The notes under the pieces are model-generated. The model was not told the DNA's origin, made no database searches, and saw only the letters and a program-made list of their open reading frames with translations. From Catajapyx aquilonaris (lineage: Eukaryota), in assembly GCA_000934665.2 (NCBI GenBank), contig JYFJ02001506.1, forward strand, positions 1 through 64,000: a stretch of 64,000 bases of DNA, read 5' to 3'. Below are positions 25,801 through 38,829 of this stretch, piece by piece (positions within the stretch are counted from its first letter, which is position 1; every line of letters begins with the position of its first letter). The position numbers were made by a program, and so were the translations under genes.

Positions 25801-28800
25801 CAATGTTAATGTTGACTCCTGGGATGTTGCAGGCACGTGAAGGCCTGCTAATATGTGTACAATCTCAATGCAAAAATGGGCAGGTTCGATATGATGCATC
25901 AGCATTTTACCAGGAGCGACTACATGACCACGCAGTAGGCAAGTTGGCAACGATAACATATGAAGTATGTATGATACCACTTATTGCAATTTCGTGCAGT
26001 CATCCCACGACTGACATAGCCGGTCTGGAAACCAATTACTATGTGTCTTCGGGGGATGAGTGTAGTATCTATTTGCTCTCATGCCAATGATTCAGCAACG
26101 TAGTTTACCCACGCGCCTTGCTCCACCCTTGGCTCCCTTGCAATCACTATCACGACGTACAGTACAACTATGTTAAACATCTTGGCTACGGTAAAGTTAA
26201 GTTGTGCACTCACAAGTTAGCAAGTCTAGCTCCAACATGCGCAAGTTTTCGTTGCCAAACCGAAGCCCATGGGTGGGCCTGATGGAAAGTTCTCACTTTG
26301 AACACTTTGAAGCCACTCAGCCTGGCTCATGCTGTGTTATGCGTGTTTCATTATGAACTTGCGAGAAGAAGCCAACGTACCCTTGGCTTTATATGGAAGG
26401 CCGGTCGCTATGTCCCAAAGTCACAAATTACTCTGCCTGTTGAGAGGAAGAGTTAGCTCTGAATATCAATTAATACCTCCGGGTAATATATAGGTACACC
26501 GTTCCGCATGTAAAAACCACGTGATATCTTTCAACCAAATGTTGAAAAAATTAGTTGACGGTCGTACGCCATCCGCTGTTTACCGTCCCCAATCCACTGA
26601 ATTTATCGCAACAATTAGCAACCCTATTATGAATCATTCTCATGACAGACACCACTTTTCCTCCCTCCCCAAACCAAATAAGAAAACAATGACGTGCAGC
26701 TGCATATTTGAATCCCTTTCAGGAAGGGAATTGAGGGCTAAAGTGGATCAGGATCGAATTGATGCCCCATATAATAGGAAGGGAGAAAAGGTTTGGTTAG
26801 TGCAGTCTAATCAAGCAAGCACCACCAAAACCAAGAGCTTATGCGGACCGAGGAAGAGGAATTGGGCCAGGATATTACTTGATTGCGTGGGAGCTCGACG
26901 TGTAAGAGAGTTCCCCCCCCCCCCCCCTCTCCCTGGAAGATAGAGCAAACATTGGAGGGAAAGAGCCGAAGAAAAATTGCACTCGTCCAACGACCAGTCA
27001 GCTGCTGGCTGGACCCCCAGTCTGTGTCTGCCAAACGGATTGATAGAATCAATTCTAGTATCTCGAGCGAAAGTCACGGAAAATAGGGAGCCATGGAGCT
27101 CATGCATGATATTGTTGGTGGCATTATTGCTGATTAATCTGCTGTCAAAGTTTTCCAGGGGGGGGAGGGAAGGGGGTGGGGCTTTGATTGAAAAGTCTTC
27201 CTGCTGCATTGATTATTGCTTTTGGCTTGCATAATGTCACCGTTCTTATGATGTATTATGGCCAGACCTGGCCTATTAATTATTAAATCAATATTCTAGC
27301 CTGTTTGTGAAACATCTAAGATATTATCATTATACTATCAGATAATCGATTCCGTCTGCCCGTGGGGGCACCACTAAAAAAAAAAGTTGTTTGAAAATGT
27401 CGGATAGTCGGGAAATGCAAAACCACCAGACCACTCGTGGGGTTCAGGGTTAAGGTACAAAACTCCTGTAATGGTAGCAACTCCGCCTTTCCAGAGAGTC
27501 ACGACTTGTCTAATGAAATTGAGGCGTCTGTCGACATAATTATACGCGCCTTAAGGAAGACTTTTAATGTATGCATAACCGACTCCTCCCTCATTCTTGG
27601 GTTTATGGCTATAACGAAAAGGCCAAGCTAAGTGATTTTGTGGCCAGAAAATTGGATCCCTTCCGGAACCGTAAAAAGCAACCATTATAAACAATTTGCT
27701 GCATAAGCAAAGCAAACAGGCGAACCCTATTTCATCGATCTTCAAGTTACACAAGCTGCTACCCAAACTGGCAAATCTGAGGCCGAAATCTGAACCTCTA
27801 ATGCTTCTATTTACCTTCTAGTCTGGTGAATAATTATTGTAAGTTGTACTTATTTGTACAACATTATTTTGCCTGACGTGTGAGGCGATATTGCATCTTT
27901 TTATTTCTGAAACGTGCGGACGGCAATGTTTGAACAGCCCCCTGCTGCGAGTTCAAAAAAGTTGAAATTTGTTCGTGACGCTGTCCCGTTTTGGGTGGTC
28001 ATTTCTTCACGCCTCATAGCCAAATATGGCAGCTGTGGGGCCAAGAACCCCCAACCAAAGTCTGGCTTGAAAACAAGCTTACGGAAATGAATGCCACCGG
28101 AAGCACCACTGCGCTTTCCAGTTTACCAAGTGGAACCGCAAAATATAAATCCAAGCTGACTTTTAGAAACTAAAAAAAAAAAGAAGTTCAAAATGAGTCA
28201 TGGTATTCTTTAGAAAGGGAAGGTCGTAGGTTAATGACAGCGTTGTATCTCCCCTGCTATTTTTAATTACCCAAAAAACTGAGGCGGGCACATCCAAAAC
28301 TTCAAGTGGGAAAGTTCACGCTCTGTAATGTTCCCCTAGTACCCAATTTAACCCCACGAGATGGCTTGTGAAATGCTTGAGTATATTCTCAACTGTAGCT
28401 TAGCATCGCAGCTGCAACTTTGTACAAATATTGGCCTTTCCTCAGCTGTTTCTAGCACTGGGGAAGTACTTGAACGCCCTGTTGTAATCCTGTGCTGGCA
28501 GGATCCACCCAAAGTAACCCCAAGTAATGATCAACATTCACCCTAGAATTACAACGAGGCGGGTATTTTTCCTTTGACCACACAGGTATTGTGTAAGGCA
28601 CGTACAAAAAAGGGCATTCTATCAACCGGGTGTAAAATTGATCTGTCAATTAGACCCAGTTTGTTCGCCATGACAAAGTGATAACTGCACAGGGATTCCC
28701 ACTGCGACAGAGGCGCTAGAATCAATTTAGTTAAGAGTCTACCTACAGTTATAACGTCGGGGATCAAATTGATCCACGGCTATTCGTCACCGATTCAATA

Positions 28801-31800
28801 GAAGCCTGCTGAGGGAGAACATTATAAATAGGCCTAAGCTTCATTTTCGAACAAAAAATACTCTTCCCAACCCTGATGGGCCGCTTTATCAGCCCTGAAC
28901 AACAGTAGGCCTCACCATTTTGTATCCTATCACAAAAAAGGGAGTGATTCTTGACTCTCCATCAATCAGGGTGAATCTTGTACATTTAGGATACATAATA
29001 GCGAATTTAGTGAATCGCATGTTAGATATGATAATGGGTGACGCTAAGTGTTGATCGATGGCAGATTCACACATTTTTTTTCTTTTTTTTGACATCTCCA
29101 GCTGACCAACGACGTCCCCCAAGAGTACACTCAGCAGCTACACTATTTCCATCACGGATGACTAACCTCTCTCGGTAGTTGCATAACCCCCGAGGCCAAG
29201 GAAGCAATCTGAAGAATTCAAATCGAGTAATTTGTAGTGGTCTTAGGAGGACCCCAAAAAATCTAGCCAAAGAGTTGGCTGTTTCCAGCAGGTTTCCTTG
29301 ATGGAAGATCCAAGCTTGACATTGCATGCAGAGAGTGCCTTTTGGGCAGCGCTCATTTCCCCAAGCAGCAATGGAAACCGAGCAGCAGGATACAAACTCC
29401 TACGCGGGCCATTTTTCTTTCCATTTCAGCCTCCGGATATTTTATTCCTGTCGACATGCAGCAGTCAGCCGGAGAATCTCTAGGTTCTCTTGGGGTCCGG
29501 CTCCAATATCCGCTTCAAATCCATTCAAAACGCTGAGCTAGAAGATTTTTTTGCCAGTTACCTGCACCCCATTTTAGTGATCGTCTTTCCGGATCCTGTA
29601 AGTGCATTTCCTTGAGGCGGTGGGTATTTATAAAGCCTCTAGATTATTGGCCTAAATGTGGATGTAGGGGGATGGGTGCCAAATATTTGCACTGCAAGTC
29701 CGTTCCACTGCAAGTACCTTGAGAGGGACTAATGAGTGTATGTGACACTGTTCCATTTTGAGCGTCAGTGGACAGGTTGTTGTCGGCACGTGGATGGTGT
29801 GCACACAGGGTTAGTTGATGGAATGGTTGCCAAATGCATTTCAAGTGGTGTACCCTTTCAATATTGGGTAGGCGGTATCGTTCCCATGGCTTGTTCTGCG
29901 ATATGTCATTCATTCGTGTACTTAGCTTAAGATTTGCAGCCGGGAAATTGTGTTGCCTGCAGCTTGGGTGGAGCACTCGCGGTTCAAGATGGCAGAATGA
30001 TCATTAATGTGATTAATATGGTTTCATAAATCCAGATTTAAGCAGAAGCAATGACGTTCGCTTTTATTAACACAATTGCCTGTTAGACTAATGAGATCTC
30101 GGACACGGTGGAACTTCCCTATATATTACTTCCCGTCCGAAATGCAGTTATTAGCAGCGAAATGGGTTGTACAGTGACATATTATTTTGGAACCAACATT
30201 ACTCAAACGCGATAATTCAGAGCCATAAGAGGCTGGCAAAGACGCCAGAACAAACACGTGAATCAGTACATTTTCTTGTGGGAATGTCTGACCCCTCGTT
30301 GCACATGACTTTAGGCTGGAAAGTGAAGTACGCCATATTTTTGTCGCACATTTCATAAAAGTTGACGTGAATCGCCTATACGAGTCCAAATATTTTGACT
30401 GCACATAGTGACCTTTGGTATAGCATCACACGACAATTGCCCAGTCAGCAGGATGCCTTCCCCCATCAAAGTCTACTTCACCCGGCGCCACATTTTCCGG
30501 TGAGGTCAATTTAGAAGTGAGCCCGCGCATTTTGGAGGAATGAAACGGCCAGTCGGGTAGGGCCAGGATATAGTTGCGATGTGAAATATGGAGAGGATAA
30601 ATCAGGCGAGAAGGAAAATATTTAAGTGGGGCCGGGACTTGGTGACAAAGGCTCACGAGGTGAGCCGGGCCATTCGTTAGCAAGGGCTGAATGGAGCGGA
30701 ATCATTTGTGACAAGCGCTTCTTCTCCCTTCATGGCAGCCGCTGGCAGCATAGCACGGGGATGGACTGATCATCATCAGATTCTGGACTGGCTTGGGGGA
30801 AAAGGAAGGTGGCTCTTTTATGAGCCAACTTGGCTGCTGGAAGGACCCGGTATCACGGGCGCCATCTCATTTTCCATGTTTCCCTTCACTCCGTCTGGTC
30901 CGTAGGAAACCCACCGTAAATTAATTCCTAATTGTTATCTGGAGTCGTAATCAGCGCATCATCCGTCCCGGACTGTATATACACCTGAACTTCGTTTCTT
31001 AGGTTTCCTGGCAGTAAATGTCTTTTTGGAGAAACCCAAACCACCCTGCCTGCCAGATCTATGAAGTGGGGGAGCTTAGCGGCAGGGGTGTTGCCATCGT
31101 GCTCATCTCAAGTTTGTCGAGTGACGAGCTCCCGGAGACATGCTTCAGACATCAAACAGCTCCGTAGACCTTGCTCCTATAGAGACGCCCTACTAATGAG
31201 CGCGTGTCTCAATTTTCTTCATCATCATTACCATGCACCCAGGGTTACAACGTGCGAACTCTAGGATAGTAACTAGATCGCAGACAAACAAGCACAAGGG
31301 TGACATTCCCATGTGTATCACGTCTGGGGAGCAGTACAGTCAGCCCTATTTTCCCTCGTCCAATCTAAACGATTCTCTTGTGCCAAGAAAAAAAAAAGAA
31401 AAAGTTCGAGTCCGTACAGGTGCATCCGTCGTCCCTTTTGCAACTTGCAACCATCCTTTTCTTCTGTTCCTAACAAGCACACTTCTGCATTCGGGCGGAG
31501 TTCCCACTATTGACCCGTGCTGTGAGTCACCATTTGTTTCTTACTCCTCCGTCGACCCACGTACAAAATTGCTTAGAGTTTCTAGGTGCTTTGTGCTGCT
31601 CACGTCATCCTCGGAATGTAACCTCCAGCTGTCCAATGCCAGCCTCGAGGAAAGCCACTTCCAGCTGTATTTCTGGACCAATTATGCGCCGGATCAAATG
31701 TATGCAGACATTAATGACCGCAAGTCCTCCACTATATCCTGCCTGCTAGACTTGTTTAAAGGGTCCTTAGTAACACACACTAATACTCTGTACGCGTAAT

Positions 31801-34800
31801 TTCGGCACAACTCACTCCGGTTGGCATTAACATTGAAGCTCCTGGAGACGGTATTTGTTACGTGTTGAAAGCGAAGCTGTTACTGGCACGGAACACGAAA
31901 ACTGCTTAATTATATTAATTTCAGCCCGTCAATCATCATTTATATTTAGTCCTCTCAGTATATCACGTCTAAGTAAGGTCAGGTGCGACGTTGCTTTTAA
32001 TCATACCGCTTGAAACATCAAGGCACTCTGTACGGACAGCGATACTGTTAAAAATACATGTCCGGAGTAGCGACCTGCATAAAGGCAAAACCAAAGTTGC
32101 AGAGAAACCAACCTACACAACTGTCACGTAACCCGCTCCTGGGAAAAGCACCCAGTAATGAAATATTCACAAGATGACAAACACAACGCAGGAAGCCTTT
32201 CTCAAGTCTAGCCAAACTTGAAATTGCACATCCGTGTCATATAAAATGAAGTTACAAACGGGTCGTATTACAAAATTTTTGTGCAGGGCCCAGTCCATCT
32301 AAGCTGATCTTGCTGAATCCCCATTGACCAAACCCCAATTCGCGACTGGGAAACTCGAGATAGGTAACGAGGCGAGAATAGGCGAAAGTGTCTTTGGGAA
32401 TGCGAAGTAGTAACAGCATGAGTGCAAAAAAAAAAAAAAAGTTTATCGTGGAACTGATGGAAGTCAGCCAAAACGACACTAAAACTGTAAATTTTTTTTT
32501 CGACTAGCATAAAGAGGCTTAAAATTTTGGCACACCTTTTCCACACCTTCAAAAAAAAAAATATGTATCCACCTGTGGCGATATCGCTTCCGCAGGAGGG
32601 CTATCCATTCATTCACACCCGTCAGCACATTGCGTGTGCGTGTAAATATAGACGTACTAAGTACAACTGGTGAGGTAATGTCCTCCTACAGTTAGAAAAG
32701 AACGTATGGGAACGCATCCAAACTACTCTGCATGATTGGAAACACTCGAGAATGCTTGAATACTTGCAGCGAGTGATCAATCAATTGAGCGTCCAATTTG
32801 CAATTAGATAATTTTTTTCCGGTTGTATAAGATTGCATCAGTAGTTTTATCACGGGCTCTCTCGTGAAAAGAATGCTGAGCGCGAGTTTGAAGCTGACGT
32901 TGACAAAATTGGGAAAGTTTGGAAAAAAAATGAGGATAAGCATTACCGACGGCCAAGAATTAAAAGGATAATCAGCACCTCCAGCTAGAGAAGCAATATA
33001 AAAGACATAAGTGGCACGAAAAAGTACAGTGCTTAAAGATTCGCTCCAAGAATAATTAAGTACGCGGTACTTGTGTGCGCTAAAAATATATGTCGCTTCA
33101 AAAGTTTGATTGCTTTATAATGACTCGAGGCTGCCATTTTTTGTTAAATAATAAATAAAATAAATAAACAAATTAGATGCATAACGAAGCCTACATATTA
33201 TTGTCATAATAATGTCACCGGACGTAAATTAGTGCAAAATAATTCAGTGATTTCGAATTTGATTTGATTTCAAACATTATGATTATGTAATTTATCTGCT
33301 AAATTACTCGAGTATCAAAAAATTTACACAATGATAAACTAAATTTCGACCAAAATGTCATTCTAAATTCTAGGTCGAGCATGTATTCTCTTGTAATGGC
33401 GGTTTTAGGCACTATGCCTCGTAGAATGCAAAGTAGTCTTTAATAACTTTATTGAAAAAAATGGCAGTAAAAGTCCATGTGTTGCTCAGTATCAAGTTTC
33501 ATAAATTTAGTAACATCGACCCTCATAAATTCTGTATGGTACTACACTTTTATAGATCGCAAAAAAAACGTAATGGACCATTTTGCTTCGAGTGAACGCA
33601 AAACATGGAGATTTCAAGCCTTTCAAACCGCATAAAACCCCTCATATTGGCAACTAATCATGAGTAAATTGGTAAGGCACGACACATGCGTAGATAAGTC
33701 GACCGATGTATCCCGCCTTATTATGAATCCTGAGATGAAAAACGAAGGAGCGTGTCCAGCAGGCGTGATATGGAGGCAGTACAGGTGACCACCCAGCGAG
33801 CAAGAACGTGACAATGTAACCCACGCGAAACATTTTTTCCAAAACCTGATCAAGGTGAAGGTAAGCAAGTACATTTATGTTACTCCACCGTACTGGAAGT
33901 CAGGTGCCGGTGAGACCTTCCTTTTTATTTACTGCCAAAGGGGGGGTGCTACCCTCTAAAAAAGTGGATCGTGGTCTGCACAAATCAGCGGCCCTTTGGA
34001 ATGCAATATCCCGCAACGGGACTTGTAACCTTATGGGAGTGTCTTTGCCACGGCTCAAACACGAAACACACCCATTTAAGCTTTGATAAGGATGTAGTTA
34101 GAAGAAGTGAATGGAAAGATGACTTGTCGAGAGGGGGGGGGGGGATGTTGCAACAGCATCAATATTGCTTTCTAAGTCCTTCGAGTCGAGTTGTTAGGAG
34201 TCAAACTCATTGTCATATGCACGTGCATTTTGCACTTGCGTCGGTTACATCCTCATGTAAGGGGTGCCTGGGTTAGTGTCAAGAACCTGTACTATAAGGG
34301 CCCTTTATTATGTAACTGACGTGAGCATGAAGCTATTTTACGTTTACGTCTCCCTGCATTATGTAACGGAGTGCGGGCGGTGTGTCACTTGGCGGCTGTT
34401 CCAACAAAAACAAGGAAGTGTATAAGAAATATGTTAGCGCGCCTTTTTCGACTGAATACATAAATGCAGGATGTTACGTAGCTATTTAAACAAGCTTCTA
34501 GGATGACTCTTTGGCTGATAGACTAGTTACTGAAATAATGATAATTAATCAAAGAGTGCATTATACCATCTAATATGTCAGACAGCCTACCGGAGACTAC
34601 CCGCTGCACCTATTCAATTGAAATTAAAATGGCATAACACTCATATTTAATATTTAAAAAGTCAGGTGGCTTTGACTCTCATTATTTCAGTAACAAGGCT
34701 GTGGAGACCAGCACTTCTTCAGAAGTGATCCTCAGAAGTTTACCATAGAAGTTAGCCTGATTCATTATGAAACACTCCCCTAAGAATGTTAATAAAAAAT

Positions 34801-37800
34801 GCAACCAAGTTCAAAAATAACTTTTGCGGTCAGGATTGTGGTAATAACCTGCTCACTAGAAAATTGTCGTGAAACGGTGAAGGCTTTTGATGCCGAGCGT
34901 TAGTTACGTAAAATCATATAACTTACTGAGCTGCCAACATATAGGAGGAATAGCCTGGACTCACCTGGAGGTGCGTGACATGTGGCGACATGGGGGGTTG
35001 GCAATAAACAAAAATCCGTGTGAATATCTCCTATCTTATGTCACACATGCAATGTATGAGATCGCTATTGATAATCGCTTACACGCCAAGGTCGCTCAAA
35101 ATTGTGAATGTGAGTCAAACGTGTGTGCACCTCATTATTTTGAGACATTGCGTACCTTTACGAGACACACGAGAAGGTCAAATCCTGTGCTTACAGTGCG
35201 TGAAAGATGAGTCTGCATCGTCGTTGAGTCATTGCCAGAAAGGTTTTTGGGCTAGCAGGGTGCTAGCCTTGCTCGTGTTTTGGAAACACCTCGGAGAACA
35301 TGCGACTGGCGGCAATTAACCACAAAAAAAAACGTCTAGAGAGGACGATGCCAAAGTCTGTGTGTGACTCGGCACGTGTTGCGACCAAGATATCATTCGC
35401 ACCATTTTTTTTTTTGTCGCGTCACGGAGTTGAGACCGATTAAAAAGGACTGCGAACGCTTTGTTGCTGTCAGGCTTAAAGAAAAAAATGTGGTAGTAGT
35501 TCTATAACCTCAACTTTTGGCTGAATGTCATGAGTTCCATGTTTTTTTTTCACCATCTAACGAAATAACATCTCCTTGCGTTGCATTCCCTCTGGGTGCT
35601 TAAGTTTGTGACTATATATAGTGCACTGTAGTTAGTATATATAGGCTTATGTTATAACGAGGCCCAGAGTCGTGTATCATATAATGCATTGCGAATTAAT
35701 ATCTATAGCTGCTGCCTAGGCCAACAATAAGCTGCAGTTGAGTGGCTTCAGGCACCATACGGAGTGAAAACCACACAACGTTATTAGAGAGAGAAAATAT
35801 ATATTTGGAAATGTGCTTTGCTATAATGGGCCTGACTGCAGGGTATAGGATGAAAATTCGTTCTTGTAACTGCGCAATTTACAGCAAAAATTTTGATTGC
35901 GTGGCGCTGAACAAATTCGCCCTTTGGCTACGTTGTTCCGAAAAAGGATGCTTAAAATTATTCAAATATTTTTACAGAGAGATGCTAGGAAGTGAGATCG
36001 TGGGGGAAGGGTAGGGACCCAATTTACAGGGAACCGGTTTGGTGGCAGGTCCTCTTGGCGGTAGAAAGAAAATCGTCCGTCAAATATATGCATAAGGTCA
36101 AAAAGATCGGTTCTCATCAGTCAGTGGCATTGCGTTACCGTGCAAACGTCTGTATAACAGAGCCAAAGTGAGCTTAGCGGTAAAATACGTGATTTTAATA
36201 TTTGCTTGAATATGTGTCAATACTTTTAAAAGCCCACTACGGCCTTGATGGAGAGGTAACAATATAAGTGCTGAGAATAACCAAGTGTGCTAATGTTGAA
36301 TTTTTTAAAAACACAACCAAACAACTCAGTCTGAATGAATAAAAACAAGCAGGCATTATCATGCATCAATATTCAACGTAGTGGGACAAAGGGAACAAAA
36401 GGATCTGGTCATCGCATCGGTTCAGTAACCAGGAAGAGAGGGTGTATTCAGATAAGTAAGGCAGTACAGGCAATACTGCTGGCGAGCGAATCATTGCTAT
36501 AGGAAATGTTAGGCATCCTTTAGCGATTATTGCGACATATGACAGTTTGATATTTTTAATGTGCATTTTCTCTTATGCCTTAATGACCTTCTTTCCTTAT
36601 GGGACTGTAATAACTCGAGTGAAAAACTGACTTGATCACCGCACATGTAATGTATACGCGTAAGGAAATATATAATGTACCGGTATAGTTCAGTTTCGAC
36701 CAAAATGTGACCCTGATCGCTCTGACTCTGAATATCAGGTCTTCCCCATGTGCTCGTACACCTGCCTGTACTTTTAAATGTAATATTTCACACTCGATGT
36801 GTGTATCAAAGGTGGAGAACGAATAGCGTTATATAAAACTTGCGTAACAGTCTCAACCACAATAATGGCACCGTGCACAATCGATGTCTGTTTAGGTGTA
36901 TACACTGTAACTAATAAAGAAGTCCCAGGCAGACAAGCAGAACAAGAGTTGACGTGAAGCATTCGCCATTATACGCCTCGCAAACGTATGGTAATTTATG
37001 ACATAAACATCACGTTCTCGGAAGGAATGTGCCGAATGAAATCATAACTGCAGCAGCTGCACAAACCAACCAGGCACATCTGACAAACAAACCTCAAGTC
37101 AACAAGCCTGTATCCATTCATAAAATTGGCAGATGATCTCATACGTTACAACGATTAGCGTAACAGTACCGTAGTATGCAAAGGTTGCCACATGTATATT
37201 GAGGTAATACTCTCTCAGAAATTGGTCACCTTTTCATACGTAACTAGGCATCATGCATGTATTACATTTCTAAAAGTTGACCTGTCACACGCAGCAATTG
37301 GGAAAGAGAAAGAACCGGAATGGAGATTGATGGATGAGATGTGAATAAGTGGCGAAAGAGAGCGGGAGCCGCCTTGGGTGCTTGGAAGCAAGTTATCTGT
37401 CAGTGAGTTTCATCAAGAACTCCTCTCATCCGACTTTGATGAGAAACCCAGGACGTTGACGAATTGCACAGCTTGTTGAAGGAGGCCTCCAGATGTTTGG
37501 TCACTCTTTCGCAAAGGAAGAGAAAAAAAGGGGGAAATACGCGAAAAAGAAAGTTAGCACAGTACTCTGTGAGAAGTGAACTCGACTGATTAGCCTCTGG
37601 CAGAGAAAAATTATGTAATTTATTCTCAAGCATCAACGTTTAATGCCCACTGCCATCATCACAATTGTCCTCCTCACTATACCGTACAAAAAACTGTTTC
37701 CTGTTGATCACGATGGCACAAAAGGTCAATGCAATTCGCTTTGCAAATGAGAAACCATAATTTTTCAGTGAGCCGTTCCATAATACAGTACGTAACAGTA

Positions 37801-38186
37801 TGGTCCTCGGGTTACTGGGTGTGAACACACAAAAAAAATCTCTCTAGCTGGAGGTCAAGTGTGACGAAAGTGTCTTGTTTGCACCGGAGCCAGCAATTTG
37901 TCGTTGGTCGTGAAAATGACGAGTGCGTAAATAGGGGTCCTCGTCAGACGACAAGAGGGACAACCTTGGCCGAAGCTTCTTCACTGTAGTTGATGTCTAT
38001 AGCGTGGAAAGCTGGTCTTAGCCACCCAGACCGCAAGTGTCCCACAAACACGCTAAATTATCCAAGGACAGCTACTGGCTGTAACCAAGAATACAAACTG
38101 TACGCAACACTTGCATTATGCCCGTGCACTGCGAAAACACTCAATAAGTGATGATATTGGAATTCTTAAAACAACTTGTAACGGAT

Positions 38187-38220
38187 ACCTCTGAAGTCCC
38201 TGAGTTCGATTCCGGATCGG
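38187..38220 (+). mobile_element. SINE head fragment (tRNA B-box region)
   Basis: ctctgaagtccctgagttcgattccggatcgg resembles ctctgaggtcccgagttcgatcctcggatcgg at 62604-62635. Confidence 0.4.
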
Positions 38221-38806
38221 TCATTACATTACTGTACTTTTTTAAATAAAATAAAAAAAACATATAGTCTACCGGTACAGTGAGGCTGTGCAGTATGCTA
38301 CTTCAGACTCTGGGCTATACAGCAGACATGTTAATATTCATTTGAACCGGAAATATCGGTTTCCGTGTTGGAATCTACAGAATATTTCATCCAAGCATTT
38401 AATGAATTTCCGCATTTATCCGAACAGTCTCGCACTTGGTTCCGCCACATTTAGAAAGTCAGCTCCCTTTTGCTTTAAATTAATAATAAGTGGACGAATT
38501 TTTAAAAATATAAATCCAACGTCTTTATCTGGCTTTCTAGCCCCGAAGCAGCGAGTGTGCCGAGCGGCTTTTCTGTGTCCATAAAACCCCGCGGGAGGCG
38601 AGAAAAGGCTTTGCTTCTAACAACACTTGGGAATTGGGCTTAAGTGTAATGTGGCACGCACAGGAAGGCCTACATTACATTTCTTCACATTGTTCTGCAG
38701 TAATTAATTGGATTCCGCCGCCAGCTTCTCTAATTCCCCCCCTTTTTTTTTCGTCATCCCGCTGGGTCAAAGAAATCATCTTGGAAACGTGAGGGGGTAA
38801 GAAGCT

Positions 38807-38829
38807 GAAGAAGAAGAAGAAGAAGAAGA
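38807..38829. repeat. (GAA)n microsatellite
   Basis: Directly visible short run. Confidence 0.85.
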
